This document shows positions 20,901 through 28,666 of a stretch of DNA of 55,462 nucleotides, piece after piece. The DNA lies in the IMG/VR virus record IMGVR_UViG_3300028388_004387, positions 1 to 55,462 of that record, one strand, 5' to 3'. The notes beneath the pieces were generated by a model. The model ran no database searches, was not told where the DNA came from, and saw nothing but the letters and a program-made list of their open reading frames with translations. The translations under genes and the position numbers were made by a program. Origin of the DNA: a virus (lineage: Duplodnaviria; Caudoviricetes). Within the stretch, counting starts at the first letter, position 1, and the number at the start of each line of letters is the position of its first letter.

Positions 20901-21924
20901 TGGAGCTACATGTATAGACGTTGAAACCATATATGCAGGCCCTTCATGCACCAACACAGTCAACGCAACACGCACAGCGCAGACATGCGATTACGAAATG
21001 TTCGACGAGCACCCGATAACAGGAGGCGCAAACTGGCGAGGGCGAGTGTTTGCAAACGTGTCGGACGCCACAGCTGAAAGGCGCTTTAGGGTTGAGAAAG
21101 ACTGCGGGGGAACGGTTACAACGGTGCTGGATACAACGCGCCTTGTCCCGCTTGCGCTTAGGCATACATATTTCAGCAATGCGTGGAACGAAGGGGACGT
21201 AATTGATTACGTTCGCCTTTACGAAAACGACGGAGCGGGAACAGTTACGGGCCCGATAGATGTGGTAGTGAATGTAAGCTTCACAGCAGGGCAGTCAAAT
21301 GCAACTATACGCACCAACCTTGAAAATGCAATAGAGGGTTGGCTGACGTCAAACTATTCAGCAAGCAACGGCTCAGACTATGAGCTTGAGATAGAGGTGC
21401 AAGGGAGCGGCACGCAGCGCAATGTGTGGATTCATTTCACATGCAGGCACGTGGGGGCGCAAAACTGGTTCGGGATAAACAAGACAGACAGCAACATGCA
21501 AATCACGCAGGTAGGCGGAGCGCTGTTCAATATCCCAGCTACACAACAGGAATGGGAGCGCAGCCCTTTCAATATCCCAGACGTGCAGTACACGCTGCCC
21601 TGCGGTACCGTGCTGCGAGTGCGTGTGCTATTCACAAATCCTCCGGGTATTATTGTAGATAGCAGCAGTAATTTCGATACACTCGTCCCGCTGGACCCTG
21701 CACCTTTCTACTACATACAGGACAGGCTTGGAAGCTGCACAGAACACACGCTGACAGCAAACACCTCCGGCTGCACAGGAACGGAAACCTTCGAGTGGAG
21801 GAATCCAGCCGGCACCGTTATAGGCACAACGCGCAGCATAGTCGTAACAGCAAGCGGCACATATGAGGTGACAGTAAAGTGCCCTGGCTGCCCAGATATA
21901 ACAGACACAGTAACCGTACCATAA
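14941..21924 (+). CDS. Giant Cys-rich tail tip/adhesin protein (2327 aa): N-terminal tail hub-like region plus SprB/PKD-like Ig repeats
   Basis: N-terminal LDL...L.L.K....L.DI...F.VP....N and PLVNYG hub-type motifs; repeats ADAG.D..IC.G...GGTAPYTYEW...TY.V.VTDA.GC. Confidence 0.8.
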   Translation: MSECCLVIEIIEALEHVPSRFYESDGRLILDLDSGSSLSLDKKAEELNDINQISIDVAAPFTVPASDKNFAILREYLNANIWNQNFKPWVVRVTQGGEPLRMRYLYPRAFNEGADSFELILSTDEHWVQKASELRLCDLNLPAIPVSCATWLDKMQNNAQYVDGDDGYWIPLVNYGGQNVLNYVPIEFLRPWYSLLYLLQVGFCQIGFKLSAPALETAFGRRILSYVWSEDYGKDRYVLDKRRASARMTLTDIPPYGQVPFTMVVTEEVGISSQNEIPLNDVLQDESQLLQPKPSGQFGTFTAYTGTGIVEVAIKGYLDNVDYLPASIITNLVLHIRLVKRDQDGNDIPLENHVIPWDPVVAPRLQFNHTFEPAEVLPGEYLFIDVVCDPVGQAFGEGQAFGINMSADFETQRVFFSEGEEIDPSSNISCKDSFLDLVKAAAHLLNAKFDTNLARQEVGMYCPYDVEWYGESVEGYYIEDGEVDDWSDKVQCKSERTTTPENNRERYLNIGFKRSQDKYIDDTLNEDEIDEEFNHIQDLGEQYRDATKSIRNPLFEPTLNGDVLIANQEVQEVLNIPVCWDNEDGEEISYKLGYRLLYAHGWDMQYFEEVAREWFFCLDGASYTSLPLAYQIPNRPTAITGTATTPDIPMWRLTYGASVNSLFNMFYRRIIAETLENYGIEFLIYIDVNMWGFIDFRKRYAINYKDTVLVAWIKEIRDWLPCSDVSTPVAFRGVRESTDCLPDPILALPPGAGFCSGNNPAIVAVRNGSCVDFSIGGVSVSPIVFQEWEYKKASETVFTSFGTNPTANLCTGERTTIKLTVAYDIGPDGSTCEPKTVITVINPCADNRPVGLCESYQNEDGDWCLKAEVGGVIFDPYVEQNFEYSVNGGTTWSSYTSGSELCGLAGTVNFRVTLNWSNDCADTLLEWSCNVEPAILDCDVTDADVTCAEVGGEVCCFEITPSATQFACQVATDVVYWRGTNDGSTWTEWTEWDGSNVCGHSKLQVKRVITFCDDCCPTYCSPISECQCCDLTADAGADESICPGTITTLTATPTGGTAPYTYEWQDSSGTTIGTTQSVNVMPASTETYTVIITDALGCTAQDSVTITVYPEMALSVSGDPGLAICNGGSTDVEVTVTGGTAPFTYDWREVGGGSLGTTNPITLSPVVTTDYEVEVTDANGCSKIELFTITVYPAVTADAGPDVTTCQGTVVLTGTPGGGTAPYTEEWEDPSGIITPGNPLTVSPPVTGTYIYRVTDANGCTAEDTLLLTASAGPTADAGADQTICPGDTATLSGSATGGTAPYSYEWFEGAVSIGTTQNVNVTPASTTTYTLEVTDASGCISTDTVEIIVDSCAPACGISCSIATNPSPAEICEGDSVEFTVTPAGMTGPYTYEWDADGGGFMTGSQTMVFTFVNAGTYTVQARVTDANGCMTTCSVSVDVEEPLCDPGAQAATVCQDSGTYTLWSLLTWPFPCTPPSPATGNWSLVSGNASWFTLSADGDPTNDIIDTTGIAGGSTASLDLTLTNGACADLIIRLDITIRSQFFSGHLAVTPVIDVCALGFDGKEFDLKTVYDTWLATQGQPPADAGGEWCEVKYDSGCVGPYTTKEVDAESTGCTTYPTTSDILPGGDNPTVNFECGAPNDGCYRIRYKAPAGELCPNDTVVTFKSETCTPTCTASVTITGTCLLTANVTGGCPGATYQWQRFVGGSWFNIAGATNSTYLSTANETVRVQVSCTDGCSYTSAPRTVSCAPACTATATVNQNCCLLTLITTNCSSQTQQWQEFVGGSWVNISGATGTTFNATGNGTYRAAVNCSGCPTIFTASRTVNINATISESSCVLTATVTGCTSVSNYQWQEFTGGTWQNRGSNQSTHDISGTNSTWRCVITMVGGCTYTSNTISKNCVVACSISISLVELPNGDLRATASGCGTLDTPQWTYATSYTIPGSCSGAGGWSAATGTTVTIGNVSTHTPANGAQCYRIIWRCLDGATCIDVETIYAGPSCTNTVNATRTAQTCDYEMFDEHPITGGANWRGRVFANVSDATAERRFRVEKDCGGTVTTVLDTTRLVPLALRHTYFSNAWNEGDVIDYVRLYENDGAGTVTGPIDVVVNVSFTAGQSNATIRTNLENAIEGWLTSNYSASNGSDYELEIEVQGSGTQRNVWIHFTCRHVGAQNWFGINKTDSNMQITQVGGALFNIPATQQEWERSPFNIPDVQYTLPCGTVLRVRVLFTNPPGIIVDSSSNFDTLVPLDPAPFYYIQDRLGSCTEHTLTANTSGCTGTETFEWRNPAGTVIGTTRSIVVTASGTYEVTVKCPGCPDITDTVTVP
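18028..19270 (+). repeat. Five tandem SprB/PKD-like Ig repeats (about 80 aa each) inside the giant tail protein
   Basis: Recurring GGTAP(Y/F)(T/S)(Y/E)(E/D)W (GMTGPYTYEW in the fifth) and (V/I)TDA(N/L/S)GC motifs. Confidence 0.8.
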
Positions 21925-21934
21925 AACGATTGAA

Positions 21935-22441
21935 ATGGCATACTACAATTTGATTGAAATTAAGGATGACAGGATGGTAATTGTGAAGCAAGCGCTAAGC
22001 CGGGAGGAGTACGAAGCAAACCCTCATGTCAGCTCTGGCGTGCAAACCTTCTGGAGCGTAACGCAAAACGATACAGAGCAAGCAAGCTTAGAGGACCAGG
22101 TTAACAGCTTCACAACCGCGTTGCAGAACAGCGCAGTAATGGAAGCCAAGAAAAAAGACCCAGCCAACGGAGCAGGCGGCGGCATTATACCTCCCTCAGA
22201 GGTAGTGATAGGGCAAGCAACGCCACAGCCTTCTGCACAAACAGTAGACATTGAACTTGACTTATCCAAGCTAAGCAAACAGCAAAAAGCAGAGGCGGAG
22301 AGGATAGCAAATGAGGGCACAGATAACGAAGCGTTCTTCTTTGCTAAGCAACATAAAATCGCCAACATTGATTTGTGCTGCTCGGGCTTTGCAAAAAGCG
22401 TAATGGCTGCGCTTAAAAGTTCACTTAAAAGCGAGGAGTAA
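21935..22441 (+). CDS. Hypothetical protein
   Basis: 168-aa ORF; C-terminal LCCSG. Confidence 0.7.
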   Translation: MAYYNLIEIKDDRMVIVKQALSREEYEANPHVSSGVQTFWSVTQNDTEQASLEDQVNSFTTALQNSAVMEAKKKDPANGAGGGIIPPSEVVIGQATPQPSAQTVDIELDLSKLSKQQKAEAERIANEGTDNEAFFFAKQHKIANIDLCCSGFAKSVMAALKSSLKSEE

Positions 22442-22647
22442 TGTGGGACTGGAGCAAGCTACCAAAGGAGGAACACGAAGCAGCGATTGAAGCGTACAGC
22501 TATGGGCGCTGGAGCGTGCTGCGGCAACTGCATGACAAGTATAGCTTGAGCCCCTACTCTTATTGCTGCGACACCAAAGGAATAATCAATCACTTCAAAC
22601 ACGCAATCGAAAATGGAATACTCCAAGGAAGAGCTGTCGAAGCGTAA
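22441..22647 (+). CDS. Small hypothetical protein
   Basis: 68-aa ORF with a TAATG-coupled start; SYCCD motif. Confidence 0.65.
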   Translation: MWDWSKLPKEEHEAAIEAYSYGRWSVLRQLHDKYSLSPYSYCCDTKGIINHFKHAIENGILQGRAVEA

Positions 22648-22882
22648 AAAAGCAATCGCTAAGTTTCTAAGCGCAGTAACACCCGAGAGATATATGCCAG
22701 AGGACGTGACAGAAGCGCATCTCGCGTTTTTTAGCGCATATCGCCTAAAAGAGCTGGTGAAGCCTCTTGTCGTGCGAGACAAGCGAAAAAAACCAACTGC
22801 CACTGAAGGGCAGCTTGCAAACAAGTACGGCATAAAGCCAACACAGGTCCAGTACATGTTCCGTCAGTGTAAGCGCAGCTAA
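22613..22882 (+). CDS. Small HTH protein (Mor-like late regulator candidate)
   Basis: TEGQLANKYGIKPTQVQYMF helix-turn-helix directly upstream of the head operon. Confidence 0.55.
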   Translation: MEYSKEELSKRKKAIAKFLSAVTPERYMPEDVTEAHLAFFSAYRLKELVKPLVVRDKRKKPTATEGQLANKYGIKPTQVQYMFRQCKRS

Positions 22883-22988
22883 AGAAGTTCCGTAATTTTT
22901 ATTCGCTACTAAGGAAATCGCTTGCCTGTATAAATTCCTTTCCTTTACTTCGTTGAGACGGATTTAGTTACCCGAAACAAAAAGCAGT

Positions 22989-24065
22989 ATGAGTCAAACC
23001 TTAGAGATACAAATTTTTGAAGAGATAGGTGGCTGGGGCTTCGGCATGCGCGACTTAGTTGAGCAGCTAAGAGGCTTCACCGGAACCAACATCCGCGTCC
23101 CTATTAACTCCTATGGAGGAGTTGTTACAGAGGGCATTTCAATTTACAACGTACTGAAAGGGAGGAAGGAGCATGTAGAGGCTCATATTGTAGGCTATGC
23201 AATGAGCATGGGTACAGTAATTGCCATGGCAGCGGATACTGTAACGATGCCCGAAAACGGCTACTTTATGATACATGAGCCGTGGGGCGTTGAAGTAGGC
23301 GACGCAGAGGAGATGGAAAAGATGAGCTCGCTGCTTGAGAAAATGGCGGAAATGCTTGCCAAAATATACAGCGAGAAGACAGGGCTCACTGTTAATCGCG
23401 TGAGGAAAATGATGAAAGAGGAGACGTGGCTTACTGCAAAAGAAGCGAAAGCGCTTGGCTTTGTAGACAAGCTCACTAAGGGTGCAGAAATTACTGCTGC
23501 ATACCATGTACAAAATCAGGAAATCCTGGCAGCTTGCAACAAGTTGCCTAAACCTATTTATAATTCACTTAAATCCACGGAAATGGAAAATACGTTTTTG
23601 AACAAAATCGGAAAGATTCTGGGTTTGGTAGGTGAAGGCACGGAGCCAATCACTGAGGACCAAGCAGAAGCAAAGCTCCAGGAGTTAGTTGAGCAAGCGC
23701 AAGCAAGCACGCAAAACACCGAGGAGCTGAGCAAGTTCCAGAACAATGTCAAAGACCTGTTCGGTAAAATGAACGAGGAGTTTGGCACCAAGCTCAAAGC
23801 TGTCCAAGACGAGTTAAGCGAAGTGAAAGCTGCCGCTGACAAATTCAAGGAAAGCAACGACGAGCTGACCACCAACTACAATGCGCTCCAGGAGGAGCTC
23901 AAGGAGTTGAAAGGCCAAGCCAGCGGAGGGCAAACCAAAGGCGACGGTGCTCCGCCGGCCCGGAAAACAGGTGCCGCTGCTGAAGGCGGTGCGACAGTCA
24001 TTGCTGCAAGCATGATTGACGAAATGCTCGGGAGCGATGTAAAAATCGTAAGGCCTGGAGCTTAA
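22989..24065 (+). CDS. ClpP-type prohead protease with C-terminal coiled-coil scaffold
   Basis: INSYGG.V.EG, G.AMSMGTVIAMA, FMIHEPW, ETWLTAKEAKALGFVD; coiled-coil C-terminal half. Confidence 0.92.
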   Translation: MSQTLEIQIFEEIGGWGFGMRDLVEQLRGFTGTNIRVPINSYGGVVTEGISIYNVLKGRKEHVEAHIVGYAMSMGTVIAMAADTVTMPENGYFMIHEPWGVEVGDAEEMEKMSSLLEKMAEMLAKIYSEKTGLTVNRVRKMMKEETWLTAKEAKALGFVDKLTKGAEITAAYHVQNQEILAACNKLPKPIYNSLKSTEMENTFLNKIGKILGLVGEGTEPITEDQAEAKLQELVEQAQASTQNTEELSKFQNNVKDLFGKMNEEFGTKLKAVQDELSEVKAAADKFKESNDELTTNYNALQEELKELKGQASGGQTKGDGAPPARKTGAAAEGGATVIAASMIDEMLGSDVKIVRPGA

Positions 24066-24105
24066 TTTGGAACCATAGTACATAACCTACTCAATCTAAA
24101 GAAAG

Positions 24106-25302
24106 ATGATTCAATTAACAGGAGACTTTGGTAGCATGGTTTACTCCGGCAACCAAAGCGGAAGATACCTGGATATTCCTACTGAAGTAGCAATGAAGCT
24201 ATTCTCAAAGTTGGCTATCCAGAAGCCCAATATTGTGCTGAATGCTTTAGGCATGTACACTCTCGCGCCAGTAGGCCGCGACGGTAAAGCACGTTTCGCG
24301 AACCTGAGTACGCCAAGGCACCTCTTGCAAAAGAGAAACAACGGCTGCGCATGGAATGCCAAAGGCCGCACTATTATGGAAACGGATTCCATTGATACGC
24401 ATGCGGTAGAGTACAACGGAGAGCAGTGCCCAGACCACTTGTGGGAGGGTTGCTTGGAGTTGCTCGCAGGAGCTGGCAATGACGTCAAAGACGTATTTGC
24501 TACGCCCGAAAGCGCTGCTATTATGCAGCAAGTAATTGAAAGGACCTACTTGGGTCTTGGAAATTCCTTCTACGACCTAATCAACTACGGGCAGCACCCG
24601 CTCATCACGCAATCCGACACCAACGGGTGGTACAATGAGCAGGAGGATGCTTGGGATGATTTTGTTGACCAGCAGTCTATCCTGGGAGGGCACATTACGC
24701 AAATTGATGCGCTGAAGTCCTCAGGCTACGACAATTTCCAGGTCGTAATCAACGAGGGTGACACGGACGGCAATAGCAAGTTCACGGCCAACGCCACAGA
24801 CTTGTTTGACGAGGTGATTGCTCGCGGAGGAACGAAGTTGAGGATTATGGTTAAGCAAATGCAAGCAACTGGAGGAAACGACAGACCGCTTCTGCTTGTT
24901 TCTCCAAGCATCTACAACAAGTACCGGGATGAGCTCATCAACGACTACAACACCCTGCCAGAAGCGTACACGTTGCAGCTTACAGCAAGCGACGGTCGTT
25001 TCACTGCGCCAGGCGTGCTGATGTACGACGGGTTTTGGGTCGTAAGGATGGATGAGTGGGACCTGTTCGACGAAATCACGGGAACCAAAACCTTCCGATG
25101 CTTGCTTACCGTCCCGGGCAACTTTGCAGTCGCCTACGACGTCCCAAGCTTGAATCAGTTCACCGGGATGAATATGCGCATTGTGCAGAAGCTTGACCCG
25201 CCTTACAACGGGAAGGTTTACATGCACACCAATTTCAAAGTTGGTGCGGGTATCATCGATACTGAACTGATGACAATGGCAGCCTTGACCCTTACTCCTT
25301 AA
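24106..25302 (+). CDS. Major capsid protein
   Basis: 398 aa immediately after the protease/scaffold and followed by a terminator-like hairpin; C-terminal LMYDGFWV and strand pattern consistent with the HK97 fold. Confidence 0.78.
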   Translation: MIQLTGDFGSMVYSGNQSGRYLDIPTEVAMKLFSKLAIQKPNIVLNALGMYTLAPVGRDGKARFANLSTPRHLLQKRNNGCAWNAKGRTIMETDSIDTHAVEYNGEQCPDHLWEGCLELLAGAGNDVKDVFATPESAAIMQQVIERTYLGLGNSFYDLINYGQHPLITQSDTNGWYNEQEDAWDDFVDQQSILGGHITQIDALKSSGYDNFQVVINEGDTDGNSKFTANATDLFDEVIARGGTKLRIMVKQMQATGGNDRPLLLVSPSIYNKYRDELINDYNTLPEAYTLQLTASDGRFTAPGVLMYDGFWVVRMDEWDLFDEITGTKTFRCLLTVPGNFAVAYDVPSLNQFTGMNMRIVQKLDPPYNGKVYMHTNFKVGAGIIDTELMTMAALTLTP

Positions 25303-25304
25303 CT

Positions 25305-25326
25305 GGAGGGGGTCAACTCCCTTTTT
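25305..25326 (+). terminator. Probable (leaky) terminator after the capsid gene
   Basis: G-rich arm, TCAA loop, CTCCC arm and T-run. Confidence 0.5.
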
Positions 25327-25353
25327 CTTAACACCAAATAAACAAAGAACAAA

Positions 25354-26019
25354 ATGAAAATCTTTAGTTTAGTATTGGCTCTAATCACCCTTCTGGGGGC
25401 TATCATATTTCCACAATTCGCTGTTGAGCTTCTGGGTGCGTTTGCAGTGCTTGGAGTGCAGGGTGCAATGTGTACCATAATCGCACTTGACGAGCAAGCA
25501 GATTGCCCAGAGGCCCAAGGCGGTATCTACCAAAGCTACTTGACGGAGTGCAGTAACATCACTCTTTCGGGTACTGCTAAAGACGTAGACGACCAAATCA
25601 CAACGCTGGTCATGACGGGTCTGGGCCTTTGGGTAAAGTGGGTTTATGATGATGACGATACAGCCTTTTACAATGAAACCGGAGAGCGGCAGGGTAACTT
25701 GCATGTGTTCAACCAGCAGGCCTTCCTAAAGTTTGGGGGACTAACCAACACCAAGAGGAAAGTTGCTAACGGTATCAAAGACTGCTGCTGCATTGTCGCA
25801 ATCCACTTCCTAAACAACGGTACGCAAGTTGTGCAAGGGATAGAGGAGGATTCTTCCGGCAACTGGAGATATACCTCCAGGAGTAGAGCGAAAGCCACTG
25901 TCAGCTTGCTATCCGGTACCGGAGCGGAAGAGGACAGAGCAGAAATTTCAATCGACTCAATTAGCCGCGCTGGGTCCTATGTCACGACACTGGATGCAGC
26001 AGCTATTGAAGCACTCTAA
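25354..26019 (+). CDS. Probable major tail (tube) protein with a 38-aa hydrophobic N-terminal leader
   Basis: Core starts MCTIIAL...DC...GGI and ends G.SGTG.EE, resembling Bacteroidota siphophage tail tubes; leader MKIFSLVLALITLLGAIIFPQFAVELLGAFAVLGVQGA. Confidence 0.65.
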   Translation: MKIFSLVLALITLLGAIIFPQFAVELLGAFAVLGVQGAMCTIIALDEQADCPEAQGGIYQSYLTECSNITLSGTAKDVDDQITTLVMTGLGLWVKWVYDDDDTAFYNETGERQGNLHVFNQQAFLKFGGLTNTKRKVANGIKDCCCIVAIHFLNNGTQVVQGIEEDSSGNWRYTSRSRAKATVSLLSGTGAEEDRAEISIDSISRAGSYVTTLDAAAIEAL

Positions 26020-26031
26020 AACCCACGACCT

Positions 26032-26319
26032 ATGTCACTGAAAAAGTATAACTTACACCCGCGTCTTAGGAAGTCTAACCAGACAATGATTATGCCAGTG
26101 CCCGTTGTAGTAGACGGCATTGAAACGTATGCTCCTCGCATTATCCGCGGAGAGCAGAACGTAATCAAGTCAAAGGTGCCGGCTACCAAAGACCAGCCAG
26201 AGTTTGAAAAAGTAGCAACCCGAATCACTGACGAGGAGGTTGATTACTTGTTCAAAACTTATCCCGACAAAGGATACGACCAGCTTTTTGTAAAAGTTGC
26301 TCCTCCTGCGAAAGGATAA
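26032..26319 (+). CDS. Hypothetical protein (structural operon)
   Basis: 95-aa ORF. Confidence 0.7.
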   Translation: MSLKKYNLHPRLRKSNQTMIMPVPVVVDGIETYAPRIIRGEQNVIKSKVPATKDQPEFEKVATRITDEEVDYLFKTYPDKGYDQLFVKVAPPAKG

Positions 26320-26354
26320 TTGCAGTACGATAAAATCTCAACAGGTAAGAGGGT

Positions 26355-27674
26355 ATGTCAAGTTGGAATCCAAAAAAGCAATCACGTTCAGCTCCTAAAG
26401 ACAGGAGTATTGTCAAGTGGATGGACTTGGGCAGCCCCTTACCTGCTGAAATTACAGACCCGGAAGTAATACAGAAGTGGTTCAGCAACTTTCCGTTCGT
26501 GCCTTATGCTACATATTCGCACGCCACAGGACACGCGCTGCTGCACTTAATCGACGACTTGAGTGAGCTTAGCGTTACACAAAGCGCATGCCGGAACAGT
26601 ATTTGCTCGCATGTCCTTGGAGGGAAAGTGAAGCTGATAAATGCTTCAAATGAAACGTTCTTTGAGGAGGCGGCACAAGAGGCGGCAGTAGAGGCGAGCG
26701 TGCGAGAGAGCTTAATTCTCGCGCTTACGCAGCAAGTATCATACGGCAAACACAAGAACCTGCGCGGCTTTTACAAAGCTGCATTTGAAAACATGCACCG
26801 AAATGGTAATTGCTGGGTAGAGGTTGTTCAGTATTATGTAGCAGGTGTCCCTTACGTTGATTTGCATGTACACCCAATGTCAAACGTGCTGTACTATGCA
26901 ACAAGCAAAGGGGAAGATAAATACTGCGCAGTAAGCAAGACTTGGTTCTGGGAAGACATCCAGAAAAAGAAATACGACACGCTGCCTGTCTACCCTCTAT
27001 GGGCAGAGCAAAACGGAATAAGAAGGACTATGCTGCACTTCAAGCATGGGGACCTCGATTGGTACGGCAGGCCGCTGTCTTTACCAAGCTTGATTTACCA
27101 ATACCGGGAGTGGCAAGATAGCACATACTTAAGCAAGCAAGCGAACGCAAATTTTGTAGGGCAGGTATTCATGGAGCTGGAGCAAGGCGACCCAGAAACT
27201 GCCAACTTTATCGACGACGAGGCAGCCCAGGAAGCTGGGTTCCAAAGTACGCGCGATAGACTTGAACAAACGTACACAATGAAAGGAGAGAATCCTTCGG
27301 CTATGCTCGTGACGGAAAGGCCGTACAATAGCGGAAGAGCTTTCATATACCAATTCAAACCTCACACCAATCAGGATTTCTACACTAAGATTGGGAAGCT
27401 CGCTGAGGATAAAATCATTGTGGCAAATCAATGGAGCCGTAGGCTAAGCGGCTTGGATGTATCTGCCGGCTTAAACACTTCAGCGTACATAGACGAGCTG
27501 AAAATCAAAGGAGCCGGAGTGCTGCAAGACTGGAAGGAAGAAATTGACGGCATTGTGAACAAAGTTGCTCACATTGCAGTTGAACACATCCAACCAGGCG
27601 CCATGGAAGGCGTGCGCTTAAGTGCTTCAAGCCCCTACGAGCAACTGATTCAACAGGAACAATCAAACCAATAG
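26355..27674 (+). CDS. Portal protein
   Basis: 439 aa; GNCWVEV, WYGRP..LP.L, and IIVANQWS..L.G.....GL patterns typical of portals. Confidence 0.78.
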   Translation: MSSWNPKKQSRSAPKDRSIVKWMDLGSPLPAEITDPEVIQKWFSNFPFVPYATYSHATGHALLHLIDDLSELSVTQSACRNSICSHVLGGKVKLINASNETFFEEAAQEAAVEASVRESLILALTQQVSYGKHKNLRGFYKAAFENMHRNGNCWVEVVQYYVAGVPYVDLHVHPMSNVLYYATSKGEDKYCAVSKTWFWEDIQKKKYDTLPVYPLWAEQNGIRRTMLHFKHGDLDWYGRPLSLPSLIYQYREWQDSTYLSKQANANFVGQVFMELEQGDPETANFIDDEAAQEAGFQSTRDRLEQTYTMKGENPSAMLVTERPYNSGRAFIYQFKPHTNQDFYTKIGKLAEDKIIVANQWSRRLSGLDVSAGLNTSAYIDELKIKGAGVLQDWKEEIDGIVNKVAHIAVEHIQPGAMEGVRLSASSPYEQLIQQEQSNQ

Positions 27675-27678
27675 AAAA

Positions 27679-28350
27679 ATGAATTTGATAACGGGCTTCG
27701 AGGTCGTTGCAAATTCCCCAGCCAGCAGACAGTTTCCAGTGGATGATGTGTGCAAGCACATATACCGAATAGAAACCATTCAGCTAAAGCAATGCTTAGG
27801 GGAAGACGCAAGAGCATACCTAATAACAAAATTGACAGCCGTAGCAGGAGAACCAGAGGAGTGGGTAGAGGGAAATACATATGACCTTGACGAGGTAGTG
27901 ATTTACTTCGGCAGGCTGTATAAAAGCTTGGCAGCAGCAAACACAGCGCTGATAAAAGACACGTCTAAGTGGGAGCCGGTTGAAAAGTTCAACAACGCAC
28001 TGCTGAACGAGCTGTGGGTAAACGGTTTGAGGGATTGGATAGCATATCATGTGCTGGCTGCGACAGTGCCCTATGCAACGTACAAGATAGGGTCGGAAGG
28101 GGTTGCAAAAAACCTGGATAGCAGAGCAGGGATTATGTCAGCAGAGAAAGAGGAAGTGTGGGGAGTGCAGCGGCAGCTAAAAAAACAAGCAGAAGAATAT
28201 CAGGAGCTGGCTTTGTGCTACCTAAACGACAGGTACGACGACAGGGACGGGACAGAGGATATTGACTGGGATAAGTTTAGCATATTCAATGAAAGCTGTG
28301 CCAGTGGAAATTGCAGTAACACACCAGGCGGTCGAAGAGTTGCTTGGTAA
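27679..28350 (+). CDS. Head-tail adaptor-like protein with inserted CBM5/12-like (chitin-binding-type) domain
   Basis: After the portal; E...LK.CLG and ...KI...GV helical pattern; insert W..G.TY...EVV.Y.GRLY.S...N........W. Confidence 0.6.
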   Translation: MNLITGFEVVANSPASRQFPVDDVCKHIYRIETIQLKQCLGEDARAYLITKLTAVAGEPEEWVEGNTYDLDEVVIYFGRLYKSLAAANTALIKDTSKWEPVEKFNNALLNELWVNGLRDWIAYHVLAATVPYATYKIGSEGVAKNLDSRAGIMSAEKEEVWGVQRQLKKQAEEYQELALCYLNDRYDDRDGTEDIDWDKFSIFNESCASGNCSNTPGGRRVAW

Positions 28351-28362
28351 AAAACGAAAGCG

Positions 28363-28656
28363 ATGAGTTGGAGCATTGATAGGCTGCTAAAAGCAGCAGC
28401 TGAAAAAACACTTGCGGGAGAAAAAGTGCCGCCCGAGGTGAAGGAGTTTAGATTAGGCATTTGTGAAGCGAACGATTGCAATGGGTATGCAGTAGTAAGA
28501 GGAGAGAAGAGGTGCCTTTATTGTGGGTGCTACTTGGACGTGAAAGCGGGATGTGCTACAAATGTAAACCCAAAGACAATGAAGTGGGAGGTAACACATT
28601 GCCCAAAGGGGCTGTGGGACGACAAAGAGATTTTAGACTTTTATCAATCACCATAA
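28363..28656 (+). CDS. Small Cys-rich zinc-finger-like protein
   Basis: RLGICEANDC ... RCLYCGCYLDVK ... CPKGLW. Confidence 0.7.
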   Translation: MSWSIDRLLKAAAEKTLAGEKVPPEVKEFRLGICEANDCNGYAVVRGEKRCLYCGCYLDVKAGCATNVNPKTMKWEVTHCPKGLWDDKEILDFYQSP

Positions 28657-28666
28657 ATTTCGAACC

